In this document: piece by piece, positions 1 through 11,075 of the stretch
Position numbering within the stretch: position 1 is the stretch's first letter
Layout: the number at the start of each line of letters is the position of its first letter
From: Camelus dromedarius
Taxonomy: Eukaryota
Assembly: GCF_036321535.1 (NCBI RefSeq)
Contig: NC_087436.1
Span: 95,978,001-96,042,000, forward strand
Reading direction: 5' to 3'
DNA: 64,000 nt
Translations under genes and position numbers: made by a program
The notes under the pieces: generated by a model
What the model saw: only the letters and a program-made list of their open reading frames with translations
Database searches by the model: none
Told to the model about the DNA's origin: nothing

Positions 1-749
1 GTACCCTTAGGCAAGATTTCCTTCTTAGGGTTTTGTTAGGACTTGTCCAACTCTGCCTTTACACTGGGAGGTATGTGTAAGGTACCTGTAATCACCAGTA
101 GTCAATTTTCCCCAGCCTTTTCTTTCCCAGAATTAAAGTGACCTCATTTTTAACAAGTCTAAGTAGTTGAAGAAACAGAACAATCTGTTCCACTTTCTTT
201 CCTTCATAAACAGAACTCTCGACACTCAGCAGCAGCTGTTTTATCAAAGGCTTCATCTTTATTTCTAAAAGTTGGGTCTAGACTCTGACAGTAAAATTCG
301 CAAATGAAGGCAAGGGAACTCAGCGATACTTTCCACCTATACTATAAATTAAAACTGAACAGAATGGGCTGTAGGTTATTCTGGCAGTTAGAAAAGATTT
401 TCAACGCTTACATCTGCACAACCATAACAAAAATTACAAGACCATGAAAGTCGGTCAGCTTAGTTGGTGGATTTGCACTGGAATGAAAGCTCCATGGTGG
501 AATCTATCTGTTTTAGTCATTATTATATCCCCAGTGTCTGGCACCCAATAAATCTGCTGAATGAATAAACGAATGGCTATGTGAGTTTTGAAATAGCACC
601 ACTTCAACCGACTGCACAAGACCAACTTTATGGAGTAAATGTGACTCCCTGTGCCTAGGCAAACCCACAGGCTCATCCACAATGAAAAAAATTAGGTCTA
701 TCAGATCCAACAGGAGACTGGGGTTAAATTAATTAAATGAGAATGTCAT

Positions 750-978
750 TATACTGGGGTAGCTTTAATACTTCAGGAGCCCAGTAAGCAAATCAAAACC
801 CTGCCCTGTAAATGCCTCAACGTTAAGAAATCACACCCTAAGAGTCACAGCCAATCACAGCCAGCTTGGTTTCCCAAATAAGGCACCTGGTTGAGCTATA
901 GCCCTTTGAGCAATTTCCTTGCTTTGTTCCTGCCTTGTCTCTGAAAAGTCTTTCCCCAGCTCCTGTCAGTGGAGAGCT
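750..978 (+). mobile_element. Probable ERV LTR fragment
   Basis: LTR U3-like composition (ccaatcacag, tctctgaaaagtctttcccc), cut off by the next LTR. Family not identified. Confidence 0.4.
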
Positions 979-1435
979 CTGAGGGGGAACAGAAATGCGT
1001 GACCCCAAATTACGCCACTCTGGTATGTGGGTCATTTTGAGCTGAACGCAATCAAGACCCAACAGACTAAAGACAAATTTTACCTCTTCCTTAACTACCT
1101 AACAAGAATTCAGATATGGAGTTTGAACCAGAAAGAGAGCTATTACCAGAGATAACTTTTAATCTGAAAGATTATTTGTATGGCAGGGCAAACATCTAGT
1201 CACCAAACACCTGCTCCTCTACTGACCTGTAGGGGAGAGGGATATATACGTATATCTATATCTATATCTACCTATTTTAAAAGTTCTTCTATTGTTCTTT
1301 CCCACTTCGAAGCCCCAGGCCCCTCTCCCATTCCTTGGCTGGGAATGGCATATAAGCCTCCACTGCTGAATTGCCCTTGGGCCTTATTATCTTAATGGGG
1401 CTCCCACACATATGTAATTAAAATTGTCTTTAGCA
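979..1435 (+). mobile_element. ERV1 LTR, MER34-like
   Basis: Begins tgagggggaacagaaatgcgtgaccccaaattacgccactctgg...ttttgagctgaa, typical of the MER34 group. catataagcc TATA-like element and attaaa near the end. Confidence 0.6.
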
Positions 1436-1449
1436 CTTCAGTAAGAATA

Positions 1450-2167
1450 ATATGATCCAGCAATTCCACTCCTGGCCATATAACCAGAGGGAACCTTAAT
1501 TCAAAAAGATGCATGTACCCCAATGTTCACAGCAGCACTATTTACAACAGCCAAGACATGAAAACATCCCAAATGTCCATCGACAGATATCTGGATAAAG
1601 AAGCTGTGGTATATTTATACAATGGAATACTACTCAGCCATAAAAAAATAAAATAATGCCATTTGCAGCAATATGGATAGAACTGGAGATTGTCATTCTA
1701 AGGGAAGTAAGCCAAAAAGAGAAAGAAAAATACCATATGATATCATATATATATATACACACACATACATATATGTAAAATCTGGAAAAAAAAGACAAAT
1801 GAACTAATTTATAAAATAGAAACAGACAGACATAGAAAACAAGCTTATGGTTACGGGGAGGTGGGGGAAGGGGTTGAGAAGGGGTAAATTGGGAGTTTGA
1901 GATTTGCAGATACTAACTAATATATATAAAATAGATAAACAACAAGTTTATATTGCATAGCATAGGGAACTATATTAAATATCTTGTAGTAACTTACGGT
2001 GAAAAGAATATGAAAATGAATATACGTATGTTCATGTAGGACTAAAGCACTGTGCTATCACCAGAAATTGACACAACATTGTAAACTGACTATACTTCAA
2101 TAAAAATATATTTTAAAAAAGTGTTACAAATAAAAACTACCTATGGAGTGTCAAAAAAAAAAAAAAA
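1450..2167 (+). mobile_element. L1 3' fragment (ORF2 end + 3'UTR + poly(A))
   Basis: atgatccagcaattccactcctgg...gaatactactcagccataaaa...gactatacttcaataaa; A15 at 2153-2167. Confidence 0.92.
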
Positions 2168-2195
2168 GTAACTAAGAAATATAAAAATGTGGTAC

Positions 2196-2363
2196 CTGTG
2201 TAGTCTGGATGATGGTCAAGTCATTCATATGAGAAATTCCTGGCCCCATAGCAGCTCGCAGGCCAGCTGTCCCAAACTCCATTCGCGCTCCAAAACATTT
2301 TTGTAGTTCTTCTTTATTACCTTCTGCAATTAATTGTTTCACTGACTCCAAAGTTAAAGGATT
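2196..2363 (-). CDS. PGM2: PGM2 coding exon 2
   Basis: 168 nt, NPLTLESVKQLIAEGNKEELQKCFGARMEFGTAGLRAAMGPGISHMNDLTIIQTTQ, including the FGTAGLR motif. Acceptor tttgcag| and donor CAG|gtacc. Joins exon 1 in phase 0. Confidence 0.96.
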
Positions 2364-2586
2364 CTGCAAAACAGATATGTATACACCATACAGCCAGATG
2401 AATAACATAACGGGAAATCTGAAATATAAAAAACCCCACAATAATTCTAACGTACAAATGGGAAAAAAATTAATATATATTCTGTCTTTGCTCCAGCATC
2501 TAAGAGAGTGAAGAGATGAAAAGCTTTTCAATTTTCTGATGCTTTTGAAATTTGAAATATGAAGCTGGTTTTAAAAAAATTATCAT

Positions 2587-3310
2587 GTATAATATTTAGT
2601 TTTTGTTCCTAGTTTCTGGCAGAGGTCATAAAATCTTTGGAATTTCCTGAGTGATTAGGGTGAGAGGAACATCTTTTGTTATTCATAATAAACTCATCCA
2701 TACCTGAGTTTATGCTAATGAGGTGACTCTAGGGAACTAACCAAGCGATTAGAAGGTTGGAACTTTCAGTCACCAATAGACAATGATTTAATTAATCATG
2801 CCTGTGTAACAGAACCTCCATAAAAACCCTACACAGCAGGGTCTGGGGAGCTTCTGTGCTGATGAACACAGGGATGTGCTGGGAGAGAGGTGCCTGGAGA
2901 GGGCATGGAAGCTCCGCACCCCCTCCCACACACCCCGACCTTGGGTTCTCTTTCACTTCGCTGTTCTTGAGTTGCGTCCTTCACAGTAAAACTGGTAACA
3001 GTAAGTAAAGTGCTTTCCTGAGTTCCATGAGCTGTTCTAGCAAATTATCAAACCTGAAAAGTGGGTCATGAGACCCCTGATTTATCACTAGTTGGTCAGA
3101 AGTACGGGTGACAATCTAGGACTTTTTGTGGGGATCTGAGGTGGGGGCAGTCTTGTGGGACTGAGCCCTTAAGCTGCGGCACCTGTGTTAGAATTGAAAT
3201 TGTAGGACACCCAGTTGATGTCCGGAGAAATAGAAAATAGCTTGGTGTGAAAAACTCACACATTTGATGTTAGAAATGTTGTGAATAAAAGGCAATAGTT
3301 TCTCCTTTAT
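2587..3310 (+). mobile_element. MER21-like LTR
   Basis: Motifs gagtttatgctaatgaggtgact and gggggcagtcttgtgggactgagccctt. Homologous to an inverted copy at 44436-45321. Confidence 0.75.
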
Positions 3311-3369
3311 AAGTATTATTCTCTTTCCTACCAAGGTAAGCATTTTTGGAGAAAAGGAATGAACATATA

Positions 3370-3575
3370 GGTTATGGAGTCTAATACCCAGAATGGAACC
3401 CCAGCCACAACACCACTCATCGACTTTATGCTCCTGGAGGATTATTTAGCTTCTTGAATTCTCAGTTGCCTCATCTGTAAAATGGGAACAATCTAGACTC
3501 TTCCTTACAAGGTGGTTTTGAGGTGGTTTACATTAAATTAATGTAAAACACCTTTCTCTATCTGGCACCTAGTAG
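3370..3575 (+). mobile_element. MIR SINE
   Basis: Core ctcagttgcctcatctgtaaaatggga...ctggcacctagta. Confidence 0.75.
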
Positions 3576-4281
3576 TAATCAAACGTTCGTTTTCTTCTCT
3601 AATGTTTTCAGATTTCCCCAGAGAGTGATAAGCTTATATAATTTAAATCAAAACCTTACTTTGCTCATGTTTTAAAAGCTGTACAATACTTTCACACACC
3701 TGGTCAAATCTGAATCTTGCAATGACTGTAAGAGGCAGGCAAATTAAAAAAAAACATTTTATAGGTGGAGAAGCTTCAGAGATTAAGTGTCTTGCTTAAA
3801 CTGCATGATAAACATTAACTTAGTACCTTTTCTATTATTAACTGCTTCAAATAGACAGTCACATGAATCACTTAAGTTCATTTTCTATTGCTCTATTTTT
3901 GTTGTACAATAGTTGCATAAAATGTTAAGAATGGAGAAAAATGACAATTACGTTAATTCTATTACCAAATTTTTCACTTAAGAATTCAGGGTAACACTAG
4001 AGTGAGTATTTTGGTCTTAGAGTCATCACCTCAGTAGATGAACATGCAGGTCAAGACGTGGCCACATAATTAAACTTAGAAATGCTATTGCAATAAAATG
4101 CTGGCTTGCTGGAATTAAGCCCACATTTCCAGATTGTTCCAGATTCAAGAGGAAACAAGCAAAAGCCCATCTTTTGGATTAAAAGCAATAGCCACAGAGC
4201 ACAATCTGACCTATCCGATTGTCAGGTGTTAGGGCTCAGGTCTGCAACATAAAAGAGGTTCAACCAACATTGCTGAGTGAA

Positions 4282-4603
4282 AAGACAAACTTATTTACAA
4301 AACAGAAACAGACTCACAGACATAGAAATCAAACTTATGGTTACAAGGGCAGGAAGGGTGTGGGAAGAGATAAATTGGGAGTTCAAGATTTGCAGATACT
4401 AATATATATAAAATAGATAAACAACAAGTTCATACTGTAATGCACAGGGAACTATTTTCACTATCTTGTAACTTACGGTGAAAAAGACTATGAAAACGAA
4501 TATATGTATGTTCATGTATGACTGAAGCGTGCTGTACACCAGAAATTGACCCACTGTAAACTGACTATACTTCAATAAAAAATATATATACAATAAAATA
4601 CAT
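4282..4603 (+). mobile_element. 5'-truncated L1 (3'UTR only)
   Basis: Highly similar to 1790-2110. TSD attgctgagtgaa at 4269-4281 and 4604-4616. Confidence 0.92.
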
Positions 4604-5410
4604 ATTGCTGAGTGAATGAGGAAACACAGAGACTATAAGGTCACACCCAGTAGCCAGTGATTCTTTCATTCACAGGGTAGATTTGGAAAATCCTAATTGG
4701 TCTTTGATATCCATAAAAGACCAAATAGCCTGAGAGCAACCAAAGGAGGCAGAGCAGTAAGAATAAAAAGTCGAGAGGACAGCAGAGACTAGAACCAGGA
4801 TTGGGAGTGACATGTCTGTCAGCATCCAGTGGAACAGGGACGGAGGGTGAATGCCTGGCACCCTGAGTCTGGGGCAGTCAGACCAGAGGACTGCAATGCC
4901 TTTAGCTGGTGGGAAGTTCCCTCTGAATGCCTGTCTCAAGCCAAAGAAGAAACTGAGGAGAGGACAGGAGGAGTGGCAGCAATTAAAAAATGAAAAGGCC
5001 AACATCCCCTCACCTCTATCCAGTGAGGCATTCTCCGTACCCACAGATAGAACAGTGTGTGGAAACTGGGATTCTATGTGTTCAAAGGGAAAGTTTTTTG
5101 GAACCAATTCATCACCAACTATGACTTTTCAAGATTTCTATACACTGCCAGTTACTGAGTTATCAGAAATGGAGACCTTTTCCTTTCCTAAAGAATTACA
5201 AGAATTACAAAGGAAAAGCACCCAAGGAGTTGCCAACAGCATCCAGAAACCGGATGTGCTGGCATTTCGTGGGCAGGGGCTTGGAAGTGAAGAGGAAGGC
5301 CTGGCCCCTGCAGACAGGCCTCAGTCTTCCTCACTGACTCCACAGGTATTTCCGGTCTCTATTATGTGTGGTGCAGGCCTCTGGATGAGGGAAGTTAGTG
5401 AAGGAGTGGG

Positions 5411-5588
5411 CAGGGCCGACTACATGATTTGCAAGATCCAGTGCAAACGAAAAAAGGGATCCCTTGTTAAAAAATTTTAAAAGAATTTCAAAGCAGGACA
5501 GCAGATTATTAAATCAAGCGCTGGGCCCTCCTAGGAGAACGGGTCCTCTGTGACCCAGTGGATCTCATGCCTTTGAAGTCAGCCCTGG
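5411..5588. mobile_element. MER45-like hAT MITE
   Basis: Terminal inverted repeats cagggccgac / gtcagccctg; internal atttgcaagatccagtgcaaa...cccttgttaaaa. Confidence 0.7.
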
Positions 5589-6497
5589 AGACAGACGTTA
5601 AACAAATAAACCCACTAGCAAGTGTTTTTGTTCTTGGCCAGTCGTAGTACGAGCTATGAGAGAAACGAATAGTCTGTTTAGGGAGAGTATTACGGAGACA
5701 TAATTTACCCTTGGGAACCAGGGAAGGCCTCTCTACATAAGCCACATTTAAATTCAGACCTGAAACATGAGTAACAACATGAAAAGCAAGTCCAGCAGAA
5801 GACAGAAGAGAGGAACTTTCCGGGAATACAAACAGCGTGTATGAGCGAGAGACTCAAGTTAGAAAGGAGAGAGGGAGTGACGTCCGGAGCTGGGTCCCCG
5901 ATTCTCTCTTTGCTCGAGCATCTAAGACAGTGAAGAGATGAAACACCAAGGAGCGCTGTGTCTAAGGGGGTTCCCTCTCTTCTTGGCAAAGTCAGAGACC
6001 TGGAAAAACGCCTAAAGCCCGGCAGGCCGAACCCGGAGGACCCACGCTTGCAACCAAGTACTTGGTAAGGCTGCTCTGCCAAGTTTCCAGAAAAGGAAGA
6101 AATAGGCGGCACAGAACAATTCAGGGTCGGTGGGGGATGCACAGGCGACTGCAGAGGACGAGCTGGCGGTCTGAGTGGCAGAAACAAGAGCTCGCCTCAA
6201 TTAGACTCCGCCGCGCTCAGACCAACCCGGCATGCTCCCCTACTCCCGAACTTGCAGTCCCCGCCCGCCAGATGGCTGGTTTTGTCCTGGGACAACCTTT
6301 CCTGGACAAACTTCGAATCTGCCACAAGCCGGCCGGACCCGAGGAGGCCTGGCTGCAGCCGCCGCGTCCCCCTCCTCCGTCTTCCGGCGGGCCCCGCGCG
6401 GCCCCGCGGCGTGGGAGGGGAGGGAAGGAAGGAAGCGCCGGCACCGGCTCTCGCCCCCACCTCCTCCGGGCACTCTCGGCCCCCGGCCACCCCTCAC

Positions 6498-6548
6498 CTT
6501 GTCCCATCGCAGCCACAGGGCCGTCTCCTGGTCCAGCCGGGTGTCCAT
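6498..6548 (-). CDS. PGM2: PGM2 (phosphoglucomutase-2 / phosphopentomutase) coding exon 1
   Basis: Translates MDTRLDQETALWLRWDK, matching mammalian PGM2 (human ...DARLDQETAQWLRWDK). ATG at 6548-6546 is in ggcATGg context. The exon ends AAG|gtgagg at 6498/6497, phase 0, inside a CpG island. The exact start codon is inferred. Confidence 0.9.
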
Positions 6549-6636
6549 GCCGGGGCCGCCGCCTCCCGGAGCCGCCGCCGCTGTCCCCGCGCTGCCACCA
6601 CCGAGTCTAGGGGCAGGAGAGCTCGTCCTTCCGGCA

Positions 6637-6670
6637 GGGCGGGCCGAGGCTGGGGCGGGGCGGGGCGGGC
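6637..6670. promoter_or_regulatory. Tandem GC boxes (Sp/KLF sites), G-quadruplex-capable
   Basis: gggcggg...ggggcggggcggggcggg about 90-120 bp upstream of the ATG. Confidence 0.65.
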
Positions 6671-6874
6671 CGGCTCCGGAGCCAGCCGCGTCCCCGAGGA
6701 CAATGACGCGCTCGCGGGAGCGCGCCTCCTGGCCCTGCACCCGCGCGCCTCCGGGGTAGCCCGCTAGACCTCGGCGGGTACCGTGAGGTCGAGCTGGGGG
6801 TGCTGAGTCTTCAACGTCCTCTTTGAAAGCTCCCGACGCCACCCTCATTCATAGAGCCACAGTTGGCCTGGAAT

Positions 6875-7428
6875 GCATATTTGCTTGTGACCTGATATGA
6901 GGAATGGACTCAGGTTTCTTTTTTCTTTTTTCTCCTGGATATCCAGTTGACCTAGCACCATTATTTGAAATTAAGTCCTTTCCTCTTTTTCTGCAGCGCC
7001 ACCTCTGAAATAAATGAAGTGTTCATACATGTGTCATTTTTTAAAGCCTTTTTTTAAAGTTGAAGTATAGTTGCTGTACAATGTTATATAGGTTACAGGT
7101 GTACAATATAGTGATTCACAGTTACTCCATTTACAGTTATTATAAAATATTGGCTTTATTCCCCATGATGTACAATACATCCTTGTAGCTTTACACCCAA
7201 TAGTTTGTACTTCTTACTCCCCCACCCCTATATTGTCTCTCTGGTAACTACTAGTTTGTTCTCTATGTCTGTGAGTCTGCTTCTTTTTTGTTATGTTCAC
7301 TGGTTAGTTGTATTTGTTAGATCCGCATATAAGTGATATCATACAGTATTTGTCTTTCTCTGTCTAACTTATTTCACTTAGCTTAATACCCTCCAAGTCC
7401 ATCTGTGTTGCAGCAAAAGACAAAATTT
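6875..7428 (-). mobile_element. Old L1 ORF2 fragment followed by a younger L1 3' end
   Basis: gatatccagttgacctagcaccattatttgaa (old L1M). 7050-7428 ttgaagtatagttg...atttcacttagc...gtccatc is the reverse of an L1 3'UTR. Confidence 0.8.
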
Positions 7429-8669
7429 TGAGTGGGCAACATTCGTTGTTTACTGGAACAGCAGGCAACATTCCCTTTCCACACAGATCGCACTTGACCT
7501 TGTTTCCTTTCAAATATCAGAGCTCTCCCTGGTGGGGCTGTGCACTCCAGCCTTCAGCTAGGGTAGGGATGGAGTGGAGAGGTTGGTATGAAGGCACTGG
7601 GAATCAGAGTTCTTATCACACACTCCGTGAAGCGGGTGGTTGGTGCTGAGTCTCTGCTACAATTCAAAAGGTGTGGGGAGTGGGGTGGCCAGAGAATATT
7701 TTGACACTTTTCATTACATTCCTCAGCACAGAAGTTATGGGCCCATGAGGACATCCCATCAGAACTATTTTAACTTCCCTTTGGGACACCAAGGGGCAGG
7801 TTTTTTAGTGCTCAATATTCAAGGAAAGAAAGCAAGTAGGATTTTTCAAGCCCAGAAGATCTTTTCACAAGGAAGTTGCCAGGTTGTAAATACCCTAAGT
7901 TAAATGCCCTTAATTTGTGAAAGCCACCAAGATCTCAGGTACTGAGCTGAAAACAATGCACAATAGTCTCACTCTGTTGCTCCCTTTTGCTTCCCATTTG
8001 AAGCAGAAAAAAATCCTCTGAGGTTATGTCAGGGGGTCTCTACATGCAGGAGACTTTCCCAGGGTCTCTTGTAACTAAGATGTCCGCACTGTAGGTCTTT
8101 TCCATTCTGACAATGATGCTACAATGACCTGAAGCAGTTGATTCCCACACATGACCCCCAAAATTAACATTTCATGTCTGTGGAAGCCCATGTAGAATAA
8201 GAAAATGTTGGAGCAGAAAGAGTTCTTTGAGAACAATTCAGACCTCGTCTTATGGATGAAGGAACAGAGACATAGAAAATGTCCAAGTCCTTCTTGGAGA
8301 CCCACAGCTGGTCACAGACATAGCCAGGATTCTCATACCTGGTCTCCTGATTTTCAAGTCCCATGTTTAATCTCCAGTTCCACTCAGCCCATTTCTACAC
8401 ATGTCCATAGAAGGAAGTCCCATGAACTCTGGCAACCTATTTCCATGTGATAGCAACTGGCGCTTGATGAAAAATAAATATTAACCATCTCTGGCATCAG
8501 TTACGTTAGGTGATGCTCAAAATAGCTTAATTTGTTTGTGCATGCTCTCCTGCTGCCTGAGAACTGTTTTACGCGTTGATGTCCCATTTTCCTTGGGAAC
8601 CTTCCCAGCGTCCCCAGACACCTTGTCAGCAATTCTACTAGCTCCTTTATATCCAGCCCAGGAACAGGT

Positions 8670-9230
8670 ATTCTAAAACTTTTTATTTGGGGAAATTTTA
8701 AATATTTACTAAAATTGATCGCCATGTAACTATCACCCAAGTGAACTATGATTATCCATGCCAATCTTGTTTTGTGTACCCATTTCTCCCTCCTGCATAT
8801 TTTGAAGAAGATTCCACACATCATATGATTTCATCTATAAAATTTTTAGCATGTATCTCTAGAAGGTAAGGATACATTAAAAATAACCACAAAATCTCTC
8901 ACCTAAAATTTTTAAAGTTCAAGTTAATCATCCTTAACATTATTAAATGTCCATTCAGTGTTCAAATTGTCCCATATCTAGTAAGCAACTAATTTTTTAA
9001 TTAAAAAAAATAGTTCACTTGAATCAGGAGTCGAATAATCTTGCCGTTGGTTGATAAGGCTTTTAGATCTCTGTTAATTTATAGGTTGTGACTAAATTTC
9101 CTTGCAATTTATTTGTTGACAAAACTGGGTTGTTTGTCCTGTAGGGGTTCCCACAGTCTGGATTTTGCTGATTGCATCTCCATGGTGTCTGTTACTGTGT
9201 TCCTCTGTCTCTTGTACTGCTTGTAAATTC
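8670..9230 (-). mobile_element. Old L1 (L1MC-like) 3' fragment
   Basis: cttttatttggggaaattttaaa...ttcccacagtctggattttgctgattgcatc. Confidence 0.6.
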
Positions 9231-9404
9231 ATCACGTTATAATTTTCTCTTTGTGGTCTCTCCCTCACTAGACTCCCTGAGGACAGGAATGGTGTTTTAT
9301 TTATCTTTGTCTACCCAGAGCCCAGCACTGTAAGTGCCCAATAAATGGGTGACGAAATGAATGAAATCACGAGGCTGTTTGTTCTTCCCTCATGTAGGAA
9401 AAGG

Positions 9405-9630
9405 GACGGCTCTAGTCAGGACTGGATCTTGGCTCCACCCTTTGTTCTCTGGGGTCTCTGGGCAAGTCACTTAACCTCTCCTGGCCTCAGTCTCCTTATA
9501 TCTAAAATGGAAGCCATAACAATGACCACCTCAGAGAGGGTGATGTGGGGCTTACACGAGGAGTTACAGGTAAAATGCTTAGCCTAGTGCCTGGCATGGA
9601 GTAAGCCCTCAATGAATGTTAGCTGTTATC
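9405..9630 (+). mobile_element. MIR SINE (preceded by an L2 3' fragment at ~9250-9370)
   Basis: gggcaagtcacttaacctctc...cctcagt...aaaatgg...tagtgcctggcatggagtaagccctcaatgaatgttagct. Confidence 0.85.
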
Positions 9631-9654
9631 GTGGAAGTTTTACTAGCTCAGCAT

Positions 9655-10058
9655 TCTGTGTTAGTAGGATAGCCTAGGCTAAGCTGCAGTGATAGACTAA
9701 TCCCGAAATCTCAAGACTTAATGAAACAAAGTTTTTTTTCTTGCTCATGTTCATGCTCAGGTTAAGTCAGTGGATGCTATACTCTGTACAGTCACTCAGG
9801 GAACTGAATGTTTCCATCTTGTGACTCATCCGTCTTGATACGTGGCCTCTGCAGTCACCATAGACAGGTGTGGGGGTCACGCAGTAGCTCAAGTGCTTGT
9901 GCCTGGAAGTGGCGTGTGTCACTCCTACTCCTATTTTATTAGCTAGAATTCATCATAGGAACCTGCTGAGCTGCCAGAGTTCCAGGAAGTGTAGACAATC
10001 TATGTGCCCAGGAAGGAGAAGAGAATTGGGTAGCAACCAACCTCATGGTCACTACCAT
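9655..10058 (-). mobile_element. Old MaLR (MLT1-type) LTR
   Basis: ctaggctaagctgcag...aaatctcaagacttaatgaaacaaag...ttcttgctcatg. Confidence 0.6.
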
Positions 10059-10545
10059 ACGTTCAACGTTGCTTGTGATTAAATCTTAGGATGGTTGCAA
10101 ATACCAATGATTCATATATATTTCTAACAAGCAAGGAGTAATTCTTAGCCATCATTCAGTCAAAATTTAGACCCACCACCTGATAGAACAGTCTTTTCTC
10201 CTCCATACAGTAGAGTGAGGGAGCCTTTGTGATAGAAATCAGATCACTTCCCTCTCCTGTTTTCAGTCCTCCATGGCTTCATAATGTACTTAGAATTAAA
10301 ACTGTATCTTGTACCAGGGCCTTCAAAGCTCTGCTTAAGCTGTCCCCTAGCCTGATTTCCTGTCACTTTTCTCACTCACTTCGATCAGCCATGCTATTTT
10401 CTGTGCTGATCCTTGAAAATGTGTCCGGTAAAAGCTGGTCTGAAGCCTATGCCTGCATTGCTTTCTGAGATACCCCAATGACAAATATCCACACTTAATT
10501 CAGGCTTTTGCTCCGGTATCACCTCATTAGAAAGACTCTTCTCTG

Positions 10546-11075
10546 TCAAGTGCTAGTAAATATTTAACAACTAGCTCTCTAACATAAAAACCCTGACTTG
10601 TAGTATTTGCCAATTTCTGTGGTATAAATACATCCACCATGGTTGATTGCAAACTGCCAATATGACATCATTGAACAAAGAGTCAGGAGGAGATGTGGAG
10701 TTGTATACCGTAATGTCATGTTTCCAACACACAGATAGAAGACATGTAAATAATTTAAAGAGCAGAAGTAATAGTAACAGGTAGTAAAATACATAGAAAA
10801 TGGCAAGTTTTTTTTTTTTAATGAAAATGGCAAGTTTTGAGTATTTACTACATTAAAAAAATTTTAGGGGGGTGGTAATTAGGTTCATTTATTTATTTTA
10901 TATTTTTAATGGAGGTCCTGGGGATTGAACCCCCCGTTTTTATTATAATGTATTTACTTGGAAGTTTATAAAATTTGATTTTTAATGAAGGCTTTAAAAA
11001 CTGGCCAGCAAAATTCCTAAAAATGTATTAGTCAGCTCTGGTGAGCCACTCTGAGCTGTCACCAACACACCATGG
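10546..11075. mobile_element. MER63-like hAT DNA transposon
   Basis: Ends gtgctagtaaatatttaacaactagctct and gagctgtcaccaacacaccatgg. Interrupts an L2 fragment. Confidence 0.6.
10861..10935 (-). mobile_element. 5'-truncated camelid tRNA-derived SINE
   Basis: Reverse complement of gggttcaatccccaggacctcc...aaataaatgaacctaattaccacccc. Confidence 0.75.

Larger units (their letters stand above)
5990..6850. promoter_or_regulatory. CpG island / PGM2 promoter
   Basis: Very GC- and CpG-rich block spanning exon 1, in sharp contrast to the CpG-poor flanks. Confidence 0.9.

Noticed and set aside
4670..5480. 209-aa (+) and 145-aa (-) ORFs in PGM2 intron 1
   Set aside because: No recognisable homology; the longer one runs into a MER45-like element; no retrocopy hallmarks.
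6012..6767. Many overlapping ORFs on both strands
   Set aside because: Expected artefact of CpG-island composition; Pro/Arg/Gly/Ala-rich with no domains.
6549..6848. Stop-free in-frame 100-codon extension of PGM2 from an ATG at 6848
   Set aside because: It runs through the GC boxes and promoter, where stops are rare by composition. The peptide is low-complexity with no recognisable homology, and the ATG is probably upstream of the TSS. Not strictly excluded without 5' end data.
6992..7010. CTCF-like motif (reverse aggtggcgct) near the promoter
   Set aside because: Only the 3' half matches the consensus, and it lies in an old L1 fragment.
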